NCBI RefSeq assembly: GCF_964355755.1
Contig: NC_092670.1
Span: 11,890,795 to 11,954,794 of the forward strand
Source of the DNA: Antedon mediterranea
Lineage: Eukaryota; Animalia; Echinodermata
Direction: 5' to 3'
DNA length: 64,000 nucleotides
Positions 16,279 through 28,368 of the stretch are shown here, piece after piece. Position 1 is the stretch's first letter. Each line of letters begins with the position of its first letter. A program made the position numbers and the translations under genes. The notes under the pieces were generated by a model that was given only the letters and a program-made list of their open reading frames with translations, was not told where the DNA came from and did no database searches.

Positions 16279-18769
16279 GAAAATGAGCACATTTTGAGTC
16301 TAAACCAAAAATGTTGCTACATTGGCAATCGATTCTTAATGTAGATATACAGCGCTATGAATAATTAACGAATTCAAAATATTACTATTAATTATTAAGA
16401 CTATTAATAACCCCCTGCTAGTTTCATTTCTAATTTTACGTAGTAAAAGACATTCACTAAATTCTTTTCCTCAGTTTTGTACAGTTACGGTGAATTACCT
16501 TATTATTTCATAACATAATACATTCGTTATGCTCGAGTAATACTATTGAAAAAAATATAACTTTGATTAGTATAGTAGTAGAAATGGAATTCCATTTTAT
16601 GATACGCAGTGAGGTTGGTGCAGGGTGCAGTGGGTGGCGAAGATGCAAACAACTTTGTTAAATAGCCTACATTTGCACCTAGCTAATCCAAAAATAGACA
16701 AAAGTGTTATTATTTATCATACTTTTAGAATCAATATCTTAAAATAACACAAATTTGGCAATTCAATCACTAAATATCACACGTTTCCTTTGTAACTGTA
16801 GTATACAATACTAATTCATACCAAGGTATTATTCTCAATTTCTTTTCATGATCCAACGCTGTATACCCGATTTCTTAAATAGATAGGTACTTTAATGTCT
16901 TCGAATTCTAACAATAACTATTGATACCATGACCGAGAGTTAATAGGGGTACAATAACGATGTAACAAAAGATCGATAGGGCCGATTGTGTTAATAGTAG
17001 CACACACCCATGTGTTACTCACACGGCCAGTGACAGTACTACCAATATGAATCACAGCCTTTCTCTTCAAAATTATTCGGTTATTCATTTGAATTCATGC
17101 ATGAAATGTATTTTCTGTACCAATGCCAGAAATCAAACAAAGTATTTATCTAGAGAGATTTCTAAAGATGTTTAATTTAAACAAATTTGTTTGTGAACTT
17201 TGAAAATAATAATAATATTAGAGGTGGTGAACCACAGACGATGAAAAAAAAAACTTTGATAATAATTCTGGTATTTTTGATTTACGAAATAATTCCTTTT
17301 CTCTTGTGTAGTTTTTTAGCATGAGCCGATTAACAACAATAATTGTTGTTATAAATAGCGGAGGGCGCCCATGGTGAAATACTGAATCTCTAACAAATTT
17401 ACTGCCTGGAAAAGATAGAACTACCTTTGGCAGTCATTGTATTGTTTAACACTAGGATCCGTTTTAAGTTGTTGTGCGTGAACTAAACATTTTCCTTCCC
17501 AACAATATACTGCACTTCATTGTCAACAATTTATGAAACAGCATAACATATGAATGAAAATAAATAGATAATACAAACAAAGACATGAGAAGAAAAAAAC
17601 ATGGAAAGCAGGGGATAACCATTGTTTCCAAAGTCATAGTCACACAAGTAAACGATTCTCTATGTTTAAAACTATTGGATTGATTGGTGTCTACTGGATC
17701 TGTAAAGTTCAACTCGATCTTGGCTGGTGACGTCACTAATTTCTAACAAAATAACCCGATGTCTAACAATTCGTACAAAAAGATTAAGCAACGTATTCAT
17801 GCAGTGTTCTACCTATTTTAATTTTCTCAACACAAGGTGAATTATTAGCAGATTATAAAAAGATTTTGGAAACAATCGACAGTAAAAAACAGTTACATCA
17901 GGCTATAATCTGAACAGTGATTAACAGTTACAAACAATGACACTGACTAAATCTAGATTAAGACTATTGTAACACACAAGTATACTAAAAGACTTTCGTC
18001 CACGCCTATGGATAGGAAATGCAAATCGACACCTATTGTATGTATCTACTTGTATCTTGTATGTTTGATCTATCTATCTATGTATCTACTTGTATCTTGT
18101 ACAGTTTCCTACTGTATACTTGTATGTACCTACTGTATGTATCGATGTAAATTGGGGGGGGGGGGGGGGGTGGTAGGATAGGGGTTGATAGTTGCTTTTG
18201 CCTTTTTTTACTTTTCTGTTAATTGTTATATTTTATATTGTGAAGGATGCACCTTTGTGCTAAGTGTGCCACCGATCTAAAGGTGTAATTCCAAATAAAT
18301 AAATAATAATAATTGTAAGACACAGACCATGCCCCAAGTCTGTAGTTATTGTCTATCACTTCATGGTTATGGCATTCGATGTAAATAAGTGAAACTCTTA
18401 TAGCTTTGATAATATACAATACACAATTCTTTTATTTTGTTTTTGTTTTATTCTTCTCATGCTTTTTACAGTTTGTCGTTCAGGTACGGGTTTTCTTCAT
18501 CATCATTAGTATCTGTACTAACAGAAAAATAAATAATAAATTTAGGCTTATAGGCTTATTTTTAAATTGATAGTGAGATTTGATTTCTCATGATTGCATT
18601 TTTTGTGTGTACCACACTGTTCGTGGCTCAAACAATAGTTTTATGAACGCTTTGACAAGTGCTATTGATCCCAAGTGTTCTTTGTTGTAGTATTGTTCAA
18701 CAAACAATAATTCTATGGCAAGTCACACAGAATATTGAACATCTCTTGTTTATGTTTTGTCTAGGCTAG

Positions 18770-21700
18770 CTTTGATAGTCCTGTGTACGAACACGGCGAA
18801 GATAACTCTGACTACCCTGTAGCCATCACACATGATGATGACATAGATTCCGGAATCAAAGATCAAGATAGTCCACATTCAGACACTTCAACAATTGAAA
18901 AGAAATCCGATTCCTTTCAACAACCTGACGATGACGACGACGACGATGATGAACACGAATATACATACCCTGACGGAACGGGCGGAACATTTGATGCCCC
19001 GGCTCCATCAGCGGCATTAATCACGGCACCGAAGACAGAAGACGTAATGATGACTGAAGTGGTGATTCCTGACAGCCGTCAAAAGACATCGATACCGGAT
19101 TACTACAAGGCGCGTTCTTCAAAACCGTATAAGTTTTACGGTAAATTTCATTCGACCACAGTCGTCTGCAAAATTTTAGGTTATTGTTTATTGGCATTGA
19201 TTTTGATTGCAACTTGTACGGTACTTGTTTTAAGAGGTATGTTTACATTTTCACTGTTTACTTACAATTAGTAAATAAACACATTTTTATTGAATTTAAA
19301 TGAAATTGTTTTACTAAGTTTGCGTCGCGATGCCACCATTGCTATTGGGTCAGAACTTGATTTTTTTCATTCTTTCTATTTTTTTTTTTGCACAATGATA
19401 GCGTTTACATTTTTAATTTCTTGTTCTCGTCTTATATCACTTACAGAACATGCCTTGGTTTTAACATGTTATTACTCCATGGTTTTATGGAACATTAACA
19501 TAGGCCTATTGGTGACTCGACAAAAGCTTGTTACTGTGTGTTAAAATCTCGAGTTATTGATCTTATTAGCTGAAATATTAAATAACACGCCCCTGTCGCT
19601 ATGTACGTATTTAAGTAGGTAGCTAAGAAATTTCACTCATTTTAGTGTTAATATTTCAATTTATATTTCAGTAAGCGTCGATCATGAATTCTTTCAAGAC
19701 GATGAAGAATCAACTACAGTACCTACACCTACACAAATTACGTCAAGTAGGTTTTATTCTGTACCTTTGTTTCTAAAATAAGACATGATTTATGTCAACT
19801 CTGCCACCACTGGCCTTATTACAACAACGCCATCTAGCGTTTGGTGGTGATTTATCTGCGTATTATCTATCTGCAACGATTGTCAAATTATAATATAATA
19901 TATATATATATATATATATTTCTTATATTGTAGGATTTACATCTTCAATTTCGGTGTTAATGATCGACGGAACAGCGCTCGTTTTTACAGAAGCTTTCGA
20001 TGATAGCGAATCAGCCGAATATAAACAACTTGCAATGGCAGTTGAGGAGTCTGTAAGTTTTTGTTTTCGTAACTCGTAATTAGAGCCAACAATAGTAACA
20101 AAATGATCAATTAAATCTTAATTATTCTATGCTATGATGCATTTCGGTAATTCGATTCGGAATTTGTAAGATGCTGTACAAAAGTCACCAGAAGTACTGC
20201 TGAATAATTTCTGATACGAAGGCAACAACTTAAAAAAATTCGACCAGTGAGAATTTGCAAAATATGTTTCTTTATTTTTGTTCCACCTGTTTGAAATATG
20301 CTGATTAGAGAGTGCACAATGGTTCATTTTTCTGTTTTAGATGGATGATATTTACTCAACTGGAGATCTAAGCGATTCTTACGAAGGAAGCAAAGTTACA
20401 AATATTCGGTAAGTTTCCATTTTGACGCGGTCATTCGAAATTGGATCGCCGTATAGTTTAGCTCAATTATTTGTTCACGGAATTCCGTATAGATGGTAAA
20501 GAGCCAATTCTTTAAATCAATTAAATACAGAACAACTCCTTCTATAATTTTAAAAAGCGTTCCATATTAGTGCTTTGCTTGCATGTTACCAGCCTTTAAT
20601 AGTTTATCTTTTGCATTGTTTTTACAGAGAAGGAAGTGTTATCGTAGAAGTGGAATTAATTTTCAAATCGACAGTCCAAATCACATCAACTGAAGTAGAA
20701 GACGAGATCACAAGGGATCTTAGCAGTAATAATAACGTACTCACAAACATTATGGTCGACCCGGATAGTGTTGCGGTGTCAGGTAGGTTCAAATCGTAAA
20801 TTTCGAGCCTAAAGTTAGAGCCGTTGTTACTTTGTGCCGAAACGTGATTATATATGTTAATGTTATGTCATCAAATTTTAATTCCTGCTTGTTTTTAATC
20901 ATTATTATTGATCATTGTTACAGAAAACGATGACGAGATCCAAATGTCTTCTACAAAACCACAGACCACTGTTAACCCAGTTGAAGGTATGTCTATCACA
21001 ACAAATGTTTATAATTACTTCTTATATTTATAAGGGAAAAGGGTGCCGGAAATTCAAATACATTACGGTTGTCTCTAAACAAAGGTCTACGAATTAAATG
21101 ATCTTAAAAGATTTTGTGAAACAATGTAGCCGATTCTCGTTACATATCTAAATTTAAAAAATCATAGGAAGATTATAGACCATATAACCTAACATGAGAT
21201 GTTTTATTACGTAATTTGCCTCTGATACAAGATAATGCGGCACAGATAATCGCGTGGAAACGGCGGAAACACGTACATAATTTACATAATTTGAATTGTG
21301 AACAATGGACATTATAGAAAACTTTCCTTACCTTCTTTTTGTTTAAAATCATAATTTATTCGATTATTCTTACAGAGGATTCAACAACAGATTTTCCAAC
21401 AACCAGCACACGACCAGACGTTGATTCAACGATTACAGGTTTGTAAGCAAAAATAATCAACTCATAGTGATTAACTGCATGATTGCAATCATGAATCCAA
21501 TATTAACAATTGATTTAATTGTATTTAAACTTTAAAAGCATGTTGTTATTTGTACTTATTATTATTTTGTGCACATTCAACACCCTTTTTTCTCAATAGA
21601 ATCTCAATTTGGAAGCTCTAAAAATAACATATTTCTACTTTTTTCAATCCAATGAAAATTGTCTAAAAACAATTTGTTTAAAATGGATCATTGCTGATGA

Positions 21701-24700
21701 GTTTAAAATTGAGTTTCAATTATGACTATGTTTACTTTCATCTGTCATTATTTCGTTTATTGCATGCCATCACATATTGTATTCATATTCCTTATTGCAC
21801 GTTTTTCTTCAGACCCAACAAAGTCTATTACAGATTTTTCTAAAAGATCAACTACAGCTTCTCTTCAACCTGTTCCATCAACATCGTCTACTACTCGTTC
21901 ATCCCAATCGGTTTCATCTTCCATCTCTACTATTACAACACAGAAGTCAAGGAGTTCTCCAATATACAGTGAAAATATTTCATTCTCTTCTACTTCCTCA
22001 CAGCCTCTTCCATCTTCTTCTAAATCAACTACTTATAAACCTATGTCGTCTTCCAATCCTTCTAAATCAACTACTTTTGAACCTATGCCATCTTCATATC
22101 CTTCCAAATCAACTTCCTCTTCTACTACCCTTCAATCTATTCCGACTTCTTCTAAATTAACAACTTATCAACCTATGTCGTCTTCAAATCCTTCTAAAGA
22201 AACTACTTTTGAACCTATGGCAACTTCATATCCTTCTAAATCAACTACCTCTCAACCTCTTCCATCTTTTTCTAAATCAACAACTTATCAACCTATGTCA
22301 ACTTCAAATCCTTCTAAAGAAACTACTTTTGAACCTATGCCATCTTCATATCCTTCTAAATCAACTGCCTCTTCAACTACACCTCAATCTAAATCTACAA
22401 CTTATCAACCTATACCGTCTCCTAAATCAACTCTCTCTTCAAACACTACCTCTCAAACTATGCTATATTCATCTACTAAACCATCTTCGTATCCTTCTGA
22501 ATCAACTACTTCTGAACCAATGCCGTCTTTATCTCCTTCTAAAACTCTCTCCTCAAGTACTACCTCTCAACCTATGACGTATTTACCTCCGTCTAAAACA
22601 ACTACTTTTAAACCCGTTCCGTCCTCATCTTCTCCAGAAGGACAGGATTCAACCACTAAATATGATGCTACTGTACAGACAGTATCAACCACTAAATATG
22701 ATGCTACTGAAACAGTAAAAACGACTGCTACTATCGAACCTGTCAAAACAACCATTACTGCCACAATCACAAGTAACAAACAGACTCCAGATACAATGTC
22801 AACAACCATCAAAACATACCCACCCACTGGAACACCAACAGGTGAGGGTATTCCAGTCTCAACACAAAAAACAATGCCGGCCTCCTCCCCGTTTGTGGCA
22901 ACAACGGAAGAAGCTTCATCAACACCAGGTATTTTCTATTATGTCAAACTTTTAAGTTTTTTTGCACATATTTGCAATGATTCACATAATGTACCATTTG
23001 CAACCTGTATGTCGCTAGTTACATGCCTTTGATCACATCGCTATTCACTAAGTTAAAAAATAACAAATAACTATTTTGTTTTGTTACATTACAAGTAATA
23101 TGTATCAAAATGTAGCCCTCGAAAAAACAACTTCATATTCATCCATACGTGTAGGCCTACTACGTATTTAAATGGTTAAGTACCGTAAATGTGTCAAATA
23201 CATTGTGATTAATAGGAATAGTTAGATTAGTTTGCGTCCTAGTGGGAACCAAGTAACATGTAACTGAATAGTAATAATAATAATGTGTACATTTTATGAT
23301 TGGTTAACGTATGACGCACCGTCCTCCTTCGCAGTAATTGATGTGAACTCAACATGCGCTGAGAAACGCGACGATCTTGTTAAAGAATGTGATTATTCCA
23401 GCACTCCATGTCCGTGGATTTACTCGTGTTTGGAAGATGGTTCATGGAATCCTATTCAATGCTTTAACGATAGCGATATAGTTGGATGTTTCTGTGTTGA
23501 AGAAGATGGAACAACGCTGCCCGAAACGACCACTTTCGACGGAACAACACCGAATTGTACAGCAGACGCGAGCGACTCGTTCTCATCGTTCTCCTCAGTC
23601 CCTCTTCCTGTTGGTCGTAAGTTTAAGCTATTGTAATTAGGCATACAGACGTATGTTTCGTCAAAAGTACGAGAACATGGGCTGCTAATGTTCGGATGAT
23701 GAACATAAGCAGTATACACTTGCCAGCCTTCTCACTTATACACCTCTGTCGCGGCAGTGTTTGTAATTGCGATACTACATTTAATCAATTATTTCCACTA
23801 GGCCTATGCGAATTTATTCGAGGCGATCTGAAAGCTTTATGCGTATTCATATTTCCATCTAATGTTCGAATGTGAACAATGCGCAACCAAAAAAGAAATC
23901 AAAATTAAAGCTACGTCCGATTACATAATAACTTATAAATATCATTTACACACAGGTCGTAAGAAACGCCAATCTCATCTCGGTACGTAACCAACTAATA
24001 CAATGTATAATGACTCTATCGGTTACGTAACCGTTAGTCCGTTACATGTTATATGTGGGTACTTTTAGTACGTTGTAATGTATCGTGTGTACTATGTTCG
24101 GTGTTACCTGCATACAGGCCACCAAGCACCTCTAATCGAAACTAAACGATACCCTTGTATTTAAATGAAATTAGCACACGTTGTGCAGTTTGCTTCGTGT
24201 TAGGGTTATTGTACTGTAAATGTGGTATTTAACTGGTTCTAATTAACTATATATATATATTTTAATGTTACTGTTCCATCCTTTTATATGTCTAATAATA
24301 ATACAATACGCTTTGTTTACATACCTCTTATAGTCGGTTTATCCTACAGAAAACAACTACAGAAATTGTTCCATCTTAGAAATTAGGATAACCAATTATA
24401 CTGTCTTATATGAAAATGATATTTTTACATGTAAATCAAAATACACAATGATAAGTAAAGTCAATAACATTTAATAAATTTAAATACGTTGATCGTATAA
24501 ATTTATTGTTATTGATCATGACGTCATTTGATTAGACTTTTAATATATTTTCATTGATCGGTTATCATTTATATAGTTCATTTTCGTCAGGCTTTTGTTC
24601 ACATGTTTTGCTTGTTTTTTGTTTACATTTTATCATCATCTGCACGCTAACCTCTCTAACATAAATATTCATGTTCGTTTTCTATATACAAATTAATACA

Positions 24701-25685
24701 TCAATGTCGATTGAGAATGTGTTTGCATATATCATCATCTAACCCTCCAATATGAAATTCAGTATTTCTTCTTCGCCATGTTTCCGCAGCCAAAACAGAA
24801 TTCGCTCGATAAAAACTAACCGATAATTATCTGCGATAGTTTTTAACCTTTGACATGATGACAACATTGTTGAATAGTGATTGGGCACTTGCTTGTTTGG
24901 TAATGACTTATCATGCACACTTTGTTTTTTATTTAATTAATTACCTGATTGGTTGAAACTTAAAATTGACCGATAATTTTTGTTTTGGCTGCGGATTAAA
25001 TAGATTTAATATGTGTATGGTATTTGTTTACAAATATACATTCAAAATTCTACAGTACTAGAGTATATGTTAGCCTAACATTTTACCAATTATTTTTTGT
25101 TTAATTTACTTCAGATCAAAGTATGACCTGCTCAATCTTACAAGTAAAATGCAAAAACGGAGCATGCGTAGAATTTTATCAAGTAGGCGACGGTAATGAT
25201 GACTGCGGAGACAACAGTGATGAAAAATTCCAGGGTAGGTAGAGACCTAGCTAATAAAATACTCCCCTCATATTAGTAATAATAACAGAGGAATACATTA
25301 ACACGGATAGAAGGCGCTATGATGGATATAAAGGGTCTTTCAAATCCCCTGCTCCGACTCCGGCAAATAAATTCAAGCTTATGTTTCGATTTCACGACGC
25401 ACCACACGGTTATGCGCCAATCGATATGCCCGTAACAGCATATGGTGCGTAATTGAGGTTCGATTCTCGATTTTTTTAGTAGAAAAAAAAATTGCATCGG
25501 GTGCTGTGCTTATCTCCTTAATATAGCCATTGGATTTTTAAAGACTTTTCATATTATTATGTTTATTTTTAGATTGCGGCGATACCCCGTTTGAGTGTCA
25601 ACCAGAACTATGTGTACACTCTGACTTTGTGTGTGACGGTGAACCTGACTGTACAAACGCTAAGGACGAAGAAAACTGCGATTGA
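18770..25685 (+). CDS. Type II membrane protein: acidic cytoplasmic tail, TM, SEA, S/T/P mucin stalk, thyroglobulin type-1, RRKKR site, 2x LDLa; about 890 aa, no protease domain
   Basis: Exons 18770 (or 18765)-19236, 19672-19746, 19934-20052, 20341-20408, 20628-20782, 20924-20986, 21376-21438, 21813-22928, 23335-23616, 23956-23982, 25115-25234, 25573-25685 (TGA); all GT-AG and phase-consistent. TM ILGYCLLALILIATCTVLVL; SEA ...SAEYKQLAMAVEES...IREGSVIVEVELIF; TY ...CLEDGSWNPIQC...GCFCVEEDG...PNC; LDLa CKNGAC...DCGDNSDE and C...VCDGEPDCTNAKDEENC. Confidence 0.85.
21990..22630 (+). repeat. Coding tandem repeat in the mucin exon (14-aa/42-nt units)
   Basis: SKSTTYKPMSSSNP and SKSTTFEPMPSSYP units alternate and form three higher-order blocks of about 40-44 aa. 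Confidence 0.8.
24783..24995. mobile_element. MITE-like element with 15-bp terminal inverted repeats
   Basis: tccgcagccaaaaca ... tgttttggctgcgga. Confidence 0.6.
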
Positions 25686-27000
25686 ACAATTCCTTAAAGA
25701 ATGCATTTTTTGTCTATTATTCCCGATCCGACGCGCTCTCTGGTTGCCGACGCCCTCTATTTTCATAGCCCTCTAGACATTGTCAAGGACCATGAAACTT
25801 TCAGTGTCACATGTCACATGTCAATAATGATTCCTTTTTAAGATAAATGTACACACAACAAAAATACTTCGTTTAGCACACCACATGAATTGTATCGGTA
25901 TGCAATCGGTTTATTGTTTAGTTTACTTTAGGTAATTAAAACTATCTCGTTAATAAGACAAACATTTAGGGGAAAACACGAAAAAAAATCATTATTTTCC
26001 AAGTTAAATATTATTGAATACGCACAGCCATATTATATAAAAGGCAATTTGTTATTGGTTATACAAGTTAAGTAGAGTTTATGCCTAATTAGGTCTACTT
26101 GTTTAGACTCAGAGAATCGGTAAAGTATTGCTGGGATCCTATGAATGTTACATAAATTGAATTGGTGCTTAGGCCTGCATAAAAGCTAATGCGCTCTACC
26201 AAAACAAGTAGTTTCAATATTTTAAAGCATTGCAGAAATAGTTGTTAGTTACGGTTTAGCTAGATCTGGTTTAACCATGGGGGAAAATAAAACACAGGTC
26301 CATAAAACACAGTACCTAACTTGTTTGTATTATAACACACGACGTGGCACCCACGACACAGCATCAGAGCCAGTCAGGTGATCGTGGGTACCGCGTCGAC
26401 CGTAGGTGTATATTTATATGTATATAAACTATAGGCAGATTACATCCTCCCCGAGTACTATTCTTGCCTGAAATCTAGCCTAATAATTCCATGTACTGTA
26501 CATATTCAATGTGGTTGCTTTTTATACATTATTTATTAAGCCTACTTTTATATAAACTTCTCGAAATAAAAAAAAAAACAATATCTATAAATCTTCCATT
26601 TCAAAACTACTTCGTTTGTTACGGTAGTTTATCAAGTTTAAAACAAATAGTGTGTTAGTTTTAAATGTTAAAAAATAGATTCATTGGGTAATTCAAGGTT
26701 AATTCGTCTTTTACAGAAGGGCAATGGCTGCCTTATTGTTTAATAAAAGATGTTTATATTCAATGGTTTTTACAGAAACAGCTCGATTGAGTTTTTTGTT
26801 GCGTGTTTGTACTTGATTCGCACAAGCTACGACGCAACGTTTTTAATTGAAAGTCTATTTTTCACAATGTCATCTTTTTTTCCAGAAAGCAAAACAAATT
26901 CAAATTCAGACAAGGAGAGAGGTGAAAAATCAAGAAAAAAAACCAAGAGACAAAATAAAAAAAATCAGAAAATAATAGAAAAAAAAACAAAAAAAAATGG

Positions 27001-28105
27001 ACATAGGCCTACATGATTTTGTTGAAAATAAGCATTTTTATGAAAATACCTATACTGAAAAAAGTCTATCTAGCTCTTATAGCAGAATTTTTCAGAATTT
27101 TGTATTTGGTCATTTTAAGAAAAATTCATGTTTGTTTGTCATCCTTGTTGTTACACATATTTGTTTTATGTACGATTAACCAGATAGTATATTTAAAATT
27201 TATGCCTATATGCCTACCTCAGCTTTACAACATGCACATTTAGTTTAAAACATGGTGTAAAAGATAAAGAAATCGAGAGAAAAAAAGCAAGGGCACCCGA
27301 AAAATAAAACAATAAAATAATAACAACAAACATTGAAGGAAAAAAAATGCATTGGCTAATATCCACACTAAACTATCCGGTGTAAGGATTATATATATAG
27401 CTTTACCTTCCGCATAACTTCCACTTTCGACTGAAACGCTTGGCTTGAAAATATAAACGTTGCAGGATTGTCTGTTTTATATACAAAAGTTTGAACTCCA
27501 TGTTTATAATCGCTTTACCAGTGGGAAGGCAGTAATGTTATACGTACCGAATGTCTCTAGATGGCGTGTGTGATCTGAACATAAACAGGGAAAGCATTAA
27601 GGGTTTTTCCAGTTTTAAATATTATGAAACAATTCGTAAACATATACTGTACTGCTATAATTTGTATTCCCTTAAAGGCCAGGTGCGGGGAAAAATATCG
27701 ATCTATCTATTTCCTTATGTTTCATAATTGTTGGAATTGCTATTGTGCTACAAGATTTTGTGGAAAATAATCATTTTCTTATCAGTTTTGTAATAACTTT
27801 TTACGTTTTTGGTGTTTTAATTAAACTTAACATTTTTATTTTCGTGCTATAGCAACTTTTCACTGTATACCCACCAACACTTTTACTTTCTAGGCATTCA
27901 TCGAATATGGTATTACATTGGTTAAACCACATAACAACTAAAAAAAAGTCTGTCTGACTTTTATAAAAACATTTTGTATTTTCCCATTTTAATGGAAATG
28001 CATGTTTTGTTCGTCTTGATTTGTGTTACATATATTTGTTGTATGTACGATTAACCAGATAATATATTTTAAATTCATGACCGTATCTGATCTTTAAAAC
28101 ATGCA
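27001..28105 (+). mobile_element. Two adjacent copies (27001-27255 partial, 27672-28105) of the repeat family at 2551
   Basis: Both share catgttt.gtt.gtc.t...ttgt.ttacacatatttgtt.tatgtacgattaaccagata.tatattt.aaatt.atg. The second starts TTAA|AGG, typical of Kolobok ends. Confidence 0.55.
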
Positions 28106-28368
28106 TGTCACCATGTTGGATCACGTGACAGTTTCGTCTTTGGGTTATTAACCTACCGTAATAATATATAAGCCGCGACGTGTTTACTCAATATGAATTT
28201 ATAATGGCCGCCGCTCCTTCTATCCAACATCCTGTTTGTTAAACTACATAGGAATAATATACTTTCATTTCTGAGAAATTGAGTGATGATTTTTAGATGA
28301 TGCGGCGAGTTTTTCTGTTGAATTTTGCTTTGTGATTTTTCTTCTCAAGGCGGTCACAACATTTTACA

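Noticed and set aside
18144-18185. Poly-G run as a G-quadruplex regulatory element
   Set aside because: A simple homopolymer next to low-complexity sequence; its length is unreliable and nothing else supports a function.
21777-22827. Leu-rich overlapping ORFs and an antisense ORF in the mucin exon
   Set aside because: Shadow frames of low-complexity Ser/Thr/Pro codons.
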